A stretch of 64,000 bases of DNA from Octopus sinensis (GCF_006345805.1 NC_043015.1:11842001-11906000); one strand, 5' to 3'. Shown: positions 23,085 to 36,250, numbered from the stretch's first letter. Translations and numbers: made by a program. Notes: generated by a model from the letters alone, not told the origin.

Positions 23085-24439
23085 ATGGTTGGATTTAAAA
23101 GAAAGAAAATTTGTTTCTTTCGGATCCCAAAATATTCTGCAAGACGAAATGCCCAATGTCCGAAGAGAAAAGATATTTTATTCTTCTAAAGCTAATAAAC
23201 TTAACTTTAATTAGCATTATATACTCATTTTTGTAAAGTACTCCCAAACACAGCCACACACTGTTATAATGTATCTTCTTTCACCAGTTTATTAATCTGA
23301 TATACTACTGCTTTATCGAAAAGCTGAAAGTCAGGATGAGTCGTTTTACATTTCTTGGTCATCATGATCTCTTTCTTTAACTCAGGATCCATATTTTTCA
23401 CGCCGTCATATGATAATCTATGCTTCGGCATCATACAGGTCAAGAGTTGATAGCCTCGGTCCGGCGTTTCAGCTTAGGACTATTGTATCTATTATATGTC
23501 TTATTTCTATGCTGAAAGAGTTCGTGTTCAAATACTGACCACAACTGTTTTAAAGTTTCACCGATGCAGTTTCATTAAAGGATGGCGCAGTAACAGTCAG
23601 TTTTTAAATTCTGTCTTCGTGGATTTTGTTCAGTGTTTTCCTTTCGATTTTTTCTGTGAAGATTGTTTGGATTGTGTTTGCTGTTGCTGCAGTCCTTGTT
23701 CCTATATCGAGCTGAGAATCCTTAATTAACTTTAACCTTCAGGTTTAAGATACTCGCTCCTCGGCTTCGCTCTTTCTCGCGACAGTATCAGAAATGACAA
23801 GTTCATGCGAAACAAGTGCTTTTACCTGTTAATACAGACACTGACCAGCTTCTGCATATAATTTATGAAGATAATAACGAAGCTAGATTTCAGAACTATT
23901 GGTATAGGTATATTCTTCATATTCACAAATCTATTACATCTATAAAGAAACACTAGTTTTAGATTATCCGATATCCAAAGGTCATTTTTCTTTTGCTACT
24001 CACTGTACCTATAATACTTAATGTAATCCATTGGAAATCCACTTCTTCCAATGGTTTATGCATGACCTGAGTTGTTTAATTATTTATTCAAAATCTCCCC
24101 GACTTGTGTTTTCAAGACACTTTGTCTTATGGGATGCATCTACATACTATCTTCATTTCATTTATTCCTCGCATAAATATATTCAATTTTGTATTTGTTG
24201 CTCTCTGTCCATATATTGTCGTACCTCTTATATTTTTCGGGCATATTATTAAGGTTGAAATGTATATCTGAACATACGACGACTAATGCAAATTTGTTTC
24301 TTTTTAATGCTACTCTCATACCTGCATATACATTGTTTTGTTCTTGTTTTGTTTTGTTTTTTCTGCTGCTGGCATTGTCCATGTAAGTTTTGTTACTGCT
24401 GTTAGCATTATAAATGTTGTTTGAGCAAATCTTTCCAAT

Positions 24440-25110
24440 ACACAAAATATTTGCATTTTCTTCACATTTCTCTGAAGTAGGATGTTGGCACGTCGTAAGA
24501 ACAGAAAGAATTGCAAAATAATATTCTTCTTTGAATGTAAGATATCTATATAGAATTGCAACTCTTCTATTTTACTTCTTTGATATAACAATAAAATAAA
24601 ACCAACAAATGCAATATCACGTAATAAAATGTTGCAAGTCAAACAAACAAGGATTTCCTCAGCAAAGTGTACCCACAATAATAATACACGACCTTTGCTT
24701 CTGTTGTATGCAACACCATCAATATTACGTAGTCTGCACATACTGACACAGCTTTTCTGTGTCTTAGTTCGAGCAGGATATACCTCTACAGATCCAGGTT
24801 CAGTGGTACGATGATGCGTAAAGACACACAGACGATTTGAGAACACACGTTTATCGGAATGAGCGCATGATTGGAAACGACGCTAGTAGGTGACCATCCA
24901 ATCTGACCTCTGTGCAAATGACACTCTACAATGATGTGAACTGGTCTGTGAAAACAGGACAGAAACTGGTTGACTTTTGTACAGCTCCCAAGCTGAGGTG
25001 CTTGACGCTTTAGAAAGCTTTCGATTAATACAAATGTACCAAAGCCTCGCCGAAGACATGTTTCTTTACCACCTTCCTTTCGAAGTATTGTGTGTATAGT
25101 GTATAGTGTT
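24440..25110 (-). pseudogene. L1/Tx1-clade LINE reverse transcriptase fossil
   Basis: Minus frames read GEALVHLY*SKAF*SVKH (LDQSKAFDRVDH), VRLDGHLLASFPIMRSFR*TC (VNGHLSEPF...RSVRQGC), TEP, and VSVCADYV (VSAYADDV). Confidence 0.75.
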
Positions 25111-25183
25111 GTGTATAGAGCTGCTCGAGATGGCGTAGTTCTGCGATGCGATTTCCTGGCCTCACTACTAACAAGCACGAAAA

Positions 25184-25414
25184 GGCGGCGAGCTGGCAGA
25201 ACCGTTAGCACGCCGGGCGAAATGCGTAGCCGTATTTCGTCTGCCGTTACGTTCTGAGTTCAAATTCCGCCGAGGTCGACTTTGCCTTTCATCCTTTCAG
25301 GGTAGATAAATTAAGTACCAGTTACGCACTGGGGTCGATGTAATCGACTTAATCCGTTTGTCTGCCCTTGTTTGTCCCCTCTATGTTTAGCCCCTTGTGG
25401 GCAATAAAGAAATA
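25184..25414 (+). mobile_element. SINE family B, full length
   Basis: Colinear with 19099-19330. Confidence 0.95.
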
Positions 25415-25639
25415 AAAAATCTTAAACCCTATATTCAGTATTCTTGTTTTGGAATGACGTTGTCAACTCCGCCCCCCCCCCACTTTTTTGATTGACACAC
25501 CTATATCTCAGTACCATACTTTGGATCCTGCGAAAGACACCGATGTTTTTTATACTTGTGGGGACGTCAGTTGTGATTTGGTAGCAAACTATGTTCTGTT
25601 TCGTGGAGATGGTGGAGGTGATGGCTGAGTAGTTGTTTA

Positions 25640-26110
25640 TTGTGATGATTGTAATAATAGCGGTTGTGGTGGGCATTATGGTCGTGTTGTTGCTGTTGTT
25701 GAGGTGGTGGTGATGGTGGTGGTGGTGGTCGTCGTCGTCATCTTCGTTTTCGTCGTCGTCATCGTTGAGGCGGCGACGGCAGTGGTGGTGCCGTTTTTGT
25801 GTTCGTGGTTGTGATGACAGTGGTGTCGGTGGTGGAACCACTGTTGTTGCTGGTAATAGCAATTTTATTGACTGTCCCCTTGCCGATGGCTGTCGTGGTT
25901 ACGTCGCAGTTATCGTTGCTTTCTACAAATCAATTTGATGTTGTTGATAACAATGTCATTTTCATTTTCGGTGGTGCTATTGATCAATTTTTTCGTTTTG
26001 TCCTCATCATCTTGTTGTTATTGTTATTGTCCTTGTTTTTGGTGGTGGTGGTGGTGGTGGTGGTGGTGGTGGCGTCGGCGGTAATGATGACAGAGGCAAT
26101 GGTGGTTTTA
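25640..26110. repeat. Mixed GTT/GGT/GTC trinucleotide low-complexity tract
   Basis: Explains the hydrophobic and His-rich ORFs at 25422-26275. Confidence 0.85.
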
Positions 26111-26459
26111 CTAGATGTGTCATTATTATTGTGGCTGCTTCATGTGTTCTGCTTCATGTGTTCTTGCCCCTATAGCTATATTGTCACATCCCCTCTCCGT
26201 AACGGTAAACGTCAGACCGGAAAAGTCATATTCACTGAAGGGAAACTCTTGTTGACAACTTCCCTTTCACAATAATTTTGTTGGTAACCGGCAATTTTGC
26301 CAGTCAGCAAAATTACAGTGTTTCAAATTGTCAGGTTTTAAGTATTGAAAACTATGAGAAATTATTTTATCGTTAAAAAAAAGAAAACAAGAGAAACAGC
26401 TAGTTCGCCGTTGTGAAGATCTCTCGCAGCCAAATTAAGAAATACCTGGAATACCAAGT

Positions 26460-26785
26460 CATTATGAGGCAAACTGGGAAAAGCAAATTTATCCTCGGCG
26501 GTGTTTGAACTCAGAACGTAAAGAAACGCTGATAATTATTCTGCCTGACGTGGTAACGATTCTACCAGCCTGCATCCTACTAATTTTGGCACAAGGTTAG
26601 CAATTTTGAGGATGGCTTACTCGATGTAATCGACCCCAGAGCTCAACTACTAATTATTTTATCGTTCCCGAAATGATGAAAGGCAAAGTCGATCTTGGTG
26701 GCATTTGAACTCAGAACGCAAAGATGGACGGAATGTTGCTAAGCACTTTTCCCAGCGTGATAACGATTCTCCCTGCCCCTGCCCT
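26460..26785 (-). mobile_element. Two diverged SINE B-related copies (variant 3' end)
   Basis: ATGAAAGGCAAAGTCGA...TTTGAACTCAGAACG...AACGATTCT blocks at 26460-26580 and 26600-26785; similar pieces at 47150-47250 and 61000-61150. Confidence 0.75.
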
Positions 26786-26814
26786 TTCTTTAATAATAAT
26801 TAAAATAACAACAA

Positions 26815-27088
26815 GGAGGCACATGGCTTAGTGGTTAGAGCAGCGGACTCGCGGTCGAGGGATCACGGGTTCGAATCTCAGACCGGGCCTTGTGTGTGTT
26901 TATGAGCGATACACCTAAGCTTCACGCGGTTCTGGTAGAAGGTAATGGCGAACTTCTGCTGACTCTTTCGCCACAACTTTCTCTCACTCTGTCCTCCTGC
27001 ATCTTGAGAACCTATACGCCAATGAAACCAGGAAACCGGCCCTAATAAGTCAGGTATGGCTCGATAAGGAACAAACAATAACAACAAA
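26815..27088 (+). mobile_element. tRNA-derived SINE family C (internal deletion)
   Basis: A box TGGCTTAGTGG, B box GGTTCGAATC, (CAA)n tail; colinear with 40578-40873 except for ~40 bp missing after CTGCATCTTG. Confidence 0.92.
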
Positions 27089-27099
27089 AAGGATTATCA

Positions 27100-27900
27100 T
27101 AATGGTTTTAAATCAGAACGAAGACGGTGCAGAAGAGTAGTGGGTTTCCTTATATTGGCTACAGCCCCAAAACTTTGATGACAATATAAAAGGGTCAAAT
27201 ACAACACAAAAAGTTGTTTTACATCGACCAAACAGAAATCAATCACAGTAAAGATATAAGAAAAAATATGAGAAGAAAAGTTTTTAAAAATACAGCAAGA
27301 AAAAACCCAGTAGTGTAGCTGTCCACCCTGGATAATTCAGAGAGACCCCGTACAAAAGGGCCCGGATTACTCTGCCATTTCAAAGACATCGAAAGTACCC
27401 TCTCCCAGTTACTTTCTTCTTACTTAGCAAAGCATATGCAGTATAAACTCATTCAGAAACACTAGTCTTGCCACAAATACACTTTTAAATAACATACTAG
27501 AAGGTAAAACGTCGATCTCTACTTATACTTTTCTCTTCAAGAGGTATTTGAAGGATTTCATGAGAGCTTGACCAAATAGGAAAAGCCAATTTTCAAACCT
27601 TTCAAACGAGTCCACCATACAATCCAGAATCTCTTTCGCCATTGCTACCAGACAGAAAAAATTGTTGTCAAAGGAAGATGATGTGTCAATCTTCACAGTA
27701 GACTCGGTAGATAGTAGGATTCATTCTATATATGACAGCAGCTCAACCAAATCCCAGAAATCACAAATGCAGAAACTCTTAACAATGGCCCACAACATAG
27801 TTTCGTTCCCTTGTACGCATGTCATGCATTTCCGTCTGTAGAGCTAGTTTTGAACAAGTAATCTCTTCCTGTAGCATTTCCATGTCATGAAATTTTTCAC
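27100..27900 (-). pseudogene. L1/Tx1-clade LINE ORF2 C-terminus and 3' UTR fossil
   Basis: Minus frames read RKCMTCVQGNETMLWAIV (zinc-knuckle remnant), LLSTESTVKID, FFCLVAMAKE, GQALMKSFKYLLKRKV*VE. Confidence 0.7.
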
Positions 27901-28569
27901 AGTAGTTAGAGACAACAAGACCCAAAACCGTCATTAAAATTTTCTTTTATGAAATCGAAAACTTCCACAACCTTGCTCATCTTTCAGAGACTTGTAAGGG
28001 GCTCCACGGTGAGTGGTTTCTGAAGTCATTCATTTGCGTTGGATGGAATGCCTTCTGTCGTCTTGGTTGCTATCTTTTACTGTCTCTTTGCTGCAGTTAT
28101 TGTATCTCTAGCTATTGTTGTAGATCATGTTTTCTTTCGATTTGTTTCTTTTTGTACTTGAGGTTGCGTTATATCGCACGTTCGGATGATCCCTACTCAA
28201 TTCCCCGACGTCTAGACTTCTCCCTCTATATCTACGTATTGGGCTAGCCTACTTCATCGTCTGGGGGCGTCGACACAACAGGTTGTTTTGTGGTGGTCGT
28301 TGTTGTGGCAGTCATTGTGTTTACTGTGGTTAGGATTGTTGGCCTGTTGCCTGGTTTTAGTGACGGACGAACCGTTTAAGGAGTTGATAAGCTTGGTGCT
28401 ACCAATCTTAGGAAATTTTAAAGTCAGATCAGTATAAAACTGCCTGAACATTTACTTGACGGTAACCTCTTCGAAAGCTTTTATGCGATCCATGGTCACT
28501 GCTGTGTACAAGAACAGAGAAGAACATTACTGACATCAATCTCACTATGTTTTGAAAGGCTTGTATAAT

Positions 28570-28780
28570 GCGTAATTGTGTAGTTTGGTATTACTTCCCA
28601 GCCAGACTGTTCCGAATTCAGTCAACGGCGTGGCACCTTGAGTAAGTGACTCCTATAGCCCCGGGCCAACCACAACCTTGTGCGTCGATTTGGCAGAAGG
28701 AAACTGAAAGAAGTCTGTTGCATTCATATATGTGTCTATGTGCCTTTCTGTGTTTGTCTTTGTCTTTCACCACCAATTGG

Positions 28781-28839
<59 letters not shown>

Positions 28840-28990
28840 TGCTTTCCTGGTGGCTTTGCAAAAACAAATACAGATTATATAGGTACCAGGCTTCAAAAAT
28901 AAGAACTAGAGTCAATTCACTCGATTAAAACTTTAAAGGCGTTGCCCCTGCATACCCGAAGTCTAATGAACGAAACAAGTAAATGATAAA
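28570..28990 (+). mobile_element. SINE family A (old, diverged)
   Basis: GTGGCACCTTGAGTAAGTG, GGAAACTGAAAGAAG, internal (TG)n, 3' CGAAACAAGTAAA. Confidence 0.85.
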
Positions 28991-29062
28991 ACGTGTATAT
29001 ACATACATAGAACATATATGATATAAGTATATATATGAATATATAAGTCATATAATATATGT

Positions 29063-29220
29063 ATAGCGTAGCTATCTGGTAAGAAGATTGCTTCACAACT
29101 ACATGGTTCTAGGTTCAGTCGCACTGGGTGACATTTTGGGCAAGTGTTTTCTACTATAGCCTCGGACCGACCAAAGCGTTGTAAGTGGATTTGGTAGAGG
29201 AAAACTGAAAGAAGCCCGTC

Positions 29221-29254
<34 letters not shown>

Positions 29255-29496
29255 TATATATGTGTGTGTGTATGTATATGTGTGTGTCTTTGTATCTGTG
29301 TCTGTCCCCCTGCAATGATTTGACAACCGATGTTGGTCAAATTACGCCCCCGTAACTTAGCAGTTTGGCAAAGGATACCGATAGAATAAGTACTAGGCTT
29401 ACAAAGAATAAGTCCTGGGATCGATTTGTCCGACTAAAGGCGGTGCTCCAGCATGGCAGTAGTCAAATGACAGAAACAAGTAAAATAGTAAAAGAG
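29063..29496 (+). mobile_element. SINE family A
   Basis: Colinear with 9812-10200. Confidence 0.93.
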
Positions 29497-29512
29497 AATA
29501 TATATATATATA

Positions 29513-29906
29513 CTAGCAGTATCGCCCGGCGTTGCTCGGGTTTGTAAGGGGAATAACTATATAAGCATTTTTAGAGATGTAAAGTATAATAGCCATCTCA
29601 ATATGGCTAACCACAAAGGGGGGTGTTACTGTGGCTTTTTACATTTTGAGATTTAATAATACATTTTTAGAGAGTTACTTCCCTGATATATGCCAAAATG
29701 CATTAAAAATGGGAAAAATTGATGGTAATTTTTTTTTTAAATCGTAGACTTATCGTAGACGCGCGCTAATACCCAGAAGGGCTCGATATGAATCACGACT
29801 ATAAGATACCCGGTTTTGGTTAAACTGTACCGCAAAATGTGGGAGTAGTTAGGAATCTAAATCGTAGGAGACAGACAGCACACAACCTTACTTTTATATA
29901 TAAAGA
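29513..29906 (-). mobile_element. Non-autonomous Helitron (second copy), inserted in (TA)n
   Basis: Same TC...hairpin...CTAG termini as 9305-9802, flanked by TA repeats. Confidence 0.9.
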
Positions 29907-29965
29907 TATATATATATATATATATATATACATAAAGTAGTATTATTACTGTTATTTATAGTAAC

Positions 29966-30491
29966 AATAAGGTGGCTAGCAACTTCATACCTTTACAGTA
30001 ATTCAAGATTAAGTTGGGCATATAATACCACTTGCTAAAATTAGAGCCATTGCTCCATAAATCACTGTAAATATTACGATAAAGATGCACAGGAGCAATG
30101 CAATGAACATATCAGAAATAGGCTTTCCTTTGCTTTGAATACATCAATAAGTAATGCATATTTTAATACCAAATGATTTCATGCTTTGCATGTCAAACAT
30201 GCCTTGCGATCTTCAGTTGAAAATAACATTTAACATCTATTTCTAAAATATTCACTATGTTAGCTCATGTGTGTTCCTTACTTTAAACGTCCCGCTTCGT
30301 TTAAAAGAAACTATCGTAAACAAGAAAAATGTTATTGAAGTTGTATTATTACAGTTATGTATTGTAATAATAAGGTGGCTAGCAAGTTCACGCCTTTAGA
30401 AGCAGGATGTAAAGTAATTTAAGATTAAGTAGGGTATATAGTACCACTTGCTAAAGTTTAGCAAGTAGTATTATATACCCTACATAATCTT
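29966..30491. repeat. Direct repeat (~85 bp) whose second copy ends in a 35-bp-arm hairpin
   Basis: 29966-30048 resembles 30369-30460; 30421-30455 pairs with 30457-30491 (3 mismatches, 1-nt loop). Confidence 0.88.
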
Positions 30492-30531
30492 ATATATACA
30501 CACACAAACGTATATATATATATATATATAT

Positions 30532-30609
<78 letters not shown>

Positions 30610-30696
30610 AGAGATAATGGTGTCATTGAGACCCAAATGTGTCAGGTAATGCTGAATAAGTGCTGTAATTCAACGTTGGTTTTATGTAGGCGTGTG

Positions 30697-30844
30697 TATA
30701 TAAGAATTTTTTGCGTAATAAGATAATAAAAACCAAGGCTGTATAGATATTAGAGCATTTATAGATAGAAGGTCTTACAGCTATAAATGCTGTAATATCT
30801 ATACACCCATTTTTTTATCTTATTACGCAATAAATTCTTATATA
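30697..30844. repeat. Foldback palindrome (~72-bp arms)
   Basis: TATATAAGAATTTTTTGCGTAATAAGATAA...TGTATAGATATTAGAGCATTTATAG is mirrored at 30773-30844. Confidence 0.9.
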
Positions 30845-30878
30845 TATATATATATATATATACATACATGCACACATA

Positions 30879-30951
<73 letters not shown>

Positions 30952-31301
30952 GTTTTTCGAAATCAGTGACGGAAGTTACTGGAAAAACAATAAATAAGTA
31001 TTTGCAAACAGGTCTCCCTTCATCGAAAACCGGTGATTGCCGTACGCCGAAGATAGGCAAATACCTAGAAACTGCAGTCCGTGCGTATCACTTAGGTTGA
31101 CGAGAGAGGAATGACCTTCCTTTGCCAATACCATAAGGGCACAGAAAGTGTGTCTAAAGCCAGCTGGAGACGATGATCTCCTGGGGCTAAAAGCTACAGT
31201 AACACCCACCCTTAGTGGTTAGAAATATTGAGATGGCTAGTATGCTTTACATTATATATATATATTATATATATTATATATATATATTATATATATATAT
31301 A

Positions 31302-32583
31302 CAGGATGCGATTAATAAATTGTCAAAATTACGCAAAAATGAAAATAACAGACATTTCATTATCTCATTTTAACAGATATATTTACCAACATTTCATAAA
31401 CATATCTTGAAATACTAAAGAGCAAATTTATTCAATAAAATCGCCATTAGCTTCCACCACGGCGTCCAGGTGACTTCGGAATCACCTACATCTCTTCTGG
31501 ACTGTTTCCTTGTTGAACTTGGTCAATGCTGCCATAATTCTTGCCTTCTGTTCATCTTTGATGCCACAATGCGTTTCCTTGGTCTTGACAGTACCCCACA
31601 CGTAATAATCAAGGGGGTTGCAGTTTGGGGAGTTAGGTGGCCAGATGTTAGGGATGATGTGGTCGCAGAAATTATCAGACAGCTATGAGAGGGTACTCCT
31701 GCTTGTGTGACATGGGGCAGAGTCGTGTTGTCAGATATAGGTTCTTCCAGCACCCACCCTCTTCACCCAGGGCAGCACTACCTACTCCAGGCAACCTGAG
31801 CCTGAGGCCATGTGGGAAGATGAATGGCGGCATAACGTCGCCATCACTAATGATCACTCCAAACAACATGATTTTGAGTGGTTGTTTGATGTTTATCCCT
31901 CTCAGTACATGTTTTGGGGGTCACGTAAAGCCAACGGTTGTTCTGTATGTTCACCATTTGATCTTGGCAGAAAGTTTTCTCATATGAGATAAACCAAACC
32001 ACGCTCGGTTGGAGGGGATGCTTGAGTTTGTTCAAAAGCTTCGTGCGCGATCTTTCCTCTTGTCCTTGATGGCTTGGAATAAAAATTTGCCCTTTCTCAT
32101 CTTGTATGAGTAATACTGAGTGTCTTCATTCAGTACCTGCCCGATAAGAAGCTCAAACGGTCCCATGTCCTTGACGATGGACCTGATTGACTTCGAAGGA
32201 TACTTGACAATGATGATCTTGACGTCATCAACTAATTCAGTAGTTCTTATCTTATCAGAATGATCAGAGTAAGGTTTCCGAGCTGCTGTACCTTCTTAAT
32301 CACCATTAGACTCATCCATATTTTTCCGAATTCTCTGCACTGTCCTCAGATTAACATCCAATCAATGAGATCTTCGTATTGGAGCTTCCGGCGCGAATGC
32401 CAATCAGTACATGTCGTTTCAAAATTTCTGGCATAGTGAATTGCGTCATGATACTGCTTTTCTCACATATGGTGACCAACAGACCCTGTTATGCTGTGCA
32501 GTCAACAAAATCAAAAAGAAACAATGCACATGCGCGAAATTGAAAATATAAAATGGCGACAAATTACCCTTCGAACCCAGTGT
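31302..32583 (-). mobile_element. Tc1/mariner DD37D (maT-type) transposon, decayed, ~1.28 kb
   Basis: Minus strand QHDSAPCHTSRSTLS*LSDNFCDHIIPNIWPPNSPNCNPLDYYVWG has 37 residues between the second and third catalytic Asp. Weak TIR similarity and TA flanks; stops and frameshifts. Confidence 0.9.
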
Positions 32584-32598
32584 GTATATGTGTGTATT

Positions 32599-32743
32599 CT
32601 TTTACTCTTTTACTCTTTTATTTGTTTCAGTCATTTGACTGCAGCCATGCAGGAGCACCACCATTAGTCGAACAAATCGACCCCAGGACTTATTCCTTTT
32701 AAGCCCAGTACTTATTCCATTGATCTCATTTGCCAAACCACTC
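32599..32743 (-). mobile_element. SINE family A, 3' fragment
   Basis: Reverse complement of 10060-10200. Confidence 0.88.
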
Positions 32744-32750
32744 TCCATAA

Positions 32751-32861
32751 AGTGCTTAGCTTTACGTTGTATCATCAGATCTCAAAACCTGTTGGCCTCA
32801 CAAGTGAGGCCTTAAACCAACAGGTTTTGGGATCTGATGACACGCCGTAAAGCTTAGCGCT
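32751..32861. repeat. Branched hairpin (45-bp outer arms, inner 8-bp stem)
   Basis: 32751-32795 pairs with 32817-32861 (6 mismatches); inner GGCCTCAC-AA-GTGAGGCC. Confidence 0.9.
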
Positions 32862-33299
32862 ATAAAGGGCCACGCTATAAAACAGCCTTATCTAACTTCA
32901 TATTATATACTGCTCCATAACTTAGAGTGTGCTTCTTTTTCAGATTTATGTTTTACCAACGATTGATACATATATGTACACACACAAACACACACACACA
33001 CACACACATACACATACACACTCACACACACACATACATACATATATATACACATAAATCTAAGAGTAGCAAAAGAAGTTTAGAAAAATTCTTTGCTACC
33101 AGTGGTCTAGAGAGAAGGAACATTTAGTCAATAGACTATATATTATTCATATAAAAATACAGTGTGTATTTAAACACATAAGAGATTACCATAATAGGAC
33201 ATCTGACTCACTAATAGTTGTAATTTTGAAAGGTAATATACATTTATCCGTATGAGTATGCATGTATGTATATATCTATAAGTCTGTGTATATAAAGCT

Positions 33300-33506
33300 T
33301 TTTTTATTTGTTTCAGTCATTCGATTGCGGCCATGCTGGAGCACCGCCTTTAATCGAGCAACTCGACCCCGGGATTTATTCTTTGTAAACCCACTACTTA
33401 TTCTATCACTTCTTTTGCCGAACCGCTAAGTAACGGGGACGTAAACACACCAGCATCGGTTGTCAAGCAATGCTAGGGGGACAAAACAGACACGCAAACA
33501 TACACG

Positions 33507-33557
<51 letters not shown>

Positions 33558-33757
33558 ATATATATATATATATATATAATATACATATATACGACGGGTT
33601 TTTTTCAGTTTCCGTCTACCAAATCCACTCACAAGGCTTTGGTCGGCCCGAGGCTATAGTAGAAGACACTTGCCCAAGGTGCCACGCAGTGGGACTGAAC
33701 CCGGAACCATGTGGTTGGTTAGCAAGCTACTTACCACACAGCCACTCCTGCGCCTAT
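33300..33757 (-). mobile_element. SINE family A
   Basis: Reverse complement of 9812-10200 with a long internal (TA)n. Confidence 0.95.
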
Positions 33758-34330
33758 AGTAAAGTTGTTTACTATTCTTGAGTTACTGCTTGTTTCATGC
33801 TTCAATTATTGGTTAATAAGAAACTCATCAAAGATAAGTTGTTTACTAAACGTGATTTTTACGTGTTACTCGAAAGTAACAATTTGAAAATCAACTTCCG
33901 CTCTAAACGTATGGGAATAACCTTTGCGTGGTGCATAAATCTTTCCAGACCAAAATAAGTTATTTCACTGGCATGCAAATCAAGCAAGCGGAAATAGCAA
34001 GAAATAAAAGAGCAGAAATGTAATGTATAATTTTTTTTTCTCTTCTCCGTTCGCTCTTTCAGCTAACTCTGCATCTCACGAGCCACCTTCTCCTTTCCCT
34101 CTTGCTCTTCATTCATTGCTCCTACATTCCACTTTAGCGGGATCCCTCGCTTTTCCCTCATTTTCCCCAACCCCTTACATCGTTATTTCATTTTATTCAT
34201 TTATTGATAGTTTTGCATATGTATAATTTATATGTATACACATATACATACAAGTAAACACACACACACATAGACAGACAGACAGACACAACACACACAC
34301 ACACACACCCACACACACCACACACACACA

Positions 34331-34392
<62 letters not shown>

Positions 34393-34814
34393 CACAAACA
34401 TCTCCATAACGTTTATATTCGTTATCTACGATCGTTTGATTCCATTCTTATGGGAAAATTTCATCCAGTGAATAATAACCACGTTGACCTTACATCATTT
34501 ATATTGGTGATTAGATATTTTCCTTATCTTATACTTTTACACTAGTGGTCGAAGAACGGAACCGATAAACTTGGTGTAAGCATTTGGGAAGTATCATCTT
34601 TCTGTAAAGTATATGTAAATTTTCTTCTTGTACAGATTCCATTTTTTATGCTGTTTGCTGACTAATACACACATATATGTATGTATAAGTGCATGCGTGT
34701 CAATTTATGTTTGTATATGTGCACGTATATGTATATATTGAGTGTATAAATGTCTCTATAGGTCTGTACTTATATATATGTATTATATATATATATATAT
34801 ACATATAGTGTATA

Positions 34815-34847
<33 letters not shown>

Positions 34848-35109
34848 CAAGGAATTTGAATATGCGTATATGTGTCATTATATTTACATTATATTTATAT
34901 GGAGTATATATATGTATATATATATATATATATATATGTGTGCGTGTGCATGTATATATATATATTACATATATTACATATATATATGTCTGTGCGTGTG
35001 TATGCATGTACACATGTGTGTGTATGTATGTATGTATGTACAGTGTAATAATAAGTACAAAACCGTATGGATATAACCCTGTTAGCTTACATCTCATATT
35101 ATCTTAGCT

Positions 35110-36250
35110 AAATATTTTGTAAGCTGAACATATACTTTCCCAGAAAGCTCTATCTCCTTCAACCTTGCAAGAAGGATATGTACAATAGTGTCAGAAAAAT
35201 ATACCGGAGACTTTAGACTGCAAGAACTCTAAACACCCTCATTGACAGATATTACCCAGTTCAACTCATAGAGGATGGCATCAGGCGTGCAACAGAACCC
35301 GACATAGAAACCTTAAGAAAAATATTTCAACACAGCAACACACCTTCCCCGAAAACATTTCCGTACATAACCATATACAATCCTAGAAACAAAGAAACCT
35401 TCACCATCATTACCCAAAATTTATCAATGCTACATAAGGACCCCAAATTAAAGGAAATTTTGCACACACATAAGATCATTAAAAGCCACAAACAACCGAA
35501 ATCACTAAAAAAGATCCTCACACAGGCAAAATTATTTTCTAAATTAACGGACGCAAAAGTGAAAAAATAGGGTCGACCAAATTGCGCAACATGACCAAAC
35601 CTTCAAGAAGGATCAGAATTCCTTTTCAAAGAGGGACAAAAATTCAAAATCAAATCTGATTTTACTTGGGCCTCAGAAAACCTGATTTATGTTACAAGAG
35701 GCTAAGGCTGTCACCAAAACAACATAGGGTCTACGGAATTGTTGCTCAGACGCATGTGCAGTCTGCAGGGATAACATATTGCTTTCCCAGAATACAAAAT
35801 TATATCCTTTAGTGAACACATTGATAAATGCGCAAAGCAACTGCTACCACAATTTTTTTCTTTCCATTTTATCATTGTGCCATTGGAACACCAACACAAG
35901 TTAGATTACACAAGGAAACCTACTTCGTAGAAAAAATATATATCAAAACTTAACCATTTCTAGCATTTTTAAATAAGGAAACTTACCTCATTGGAAAAAA
36001 ATATAGAACAAAACTTAAACACTTCTAACATTCTATTCTTTCTAAACTAAATCATGTTAAAGTAATAAAACCAAGTCATTCCCAACACTTTTTTATTATC
36101 TCCCTTATACCAAAAATATCCTTGATTACTTTCTCCTGTCTGGAGCTCTCATACTTCACATCATAGCGAAGAGATGACACAACATCGGTAAAGAAATTTG
36201 AGAAATTTGAATAAAATGTACGAAACCGGTTATTTCTCCTAAAACAATGT
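35110..36250 (+). pseudogene. Penelope-like element fossil (RT C-terminus, linker, GIY-YIG endonuclease, 3' repeat)
   Basis: SFNLARRICTIVSE; near-continuous frame RYYPVQLIEDGIRRA...YNPRN...KQPKSLKKILT...CAT*P...SENLIYVTRG*GCHQNNIG (GIY-YIG-type). Confidence 0.85.

Noticed and set aside
24316-25211. Overlapping 176-aa and 141-aa ORFs that look like a membrane protein
   Set aside because: The informative motifs lie in a third, stop-containing frame and match an L1/Tx1 reverse transcriptase.
26815-26890. tRNA gene (also 46479 and 53561)
   Set aside because: A and B boxes are present but there is no complete acceptor stem, and the sequence continues into a multi-copy SINE body.
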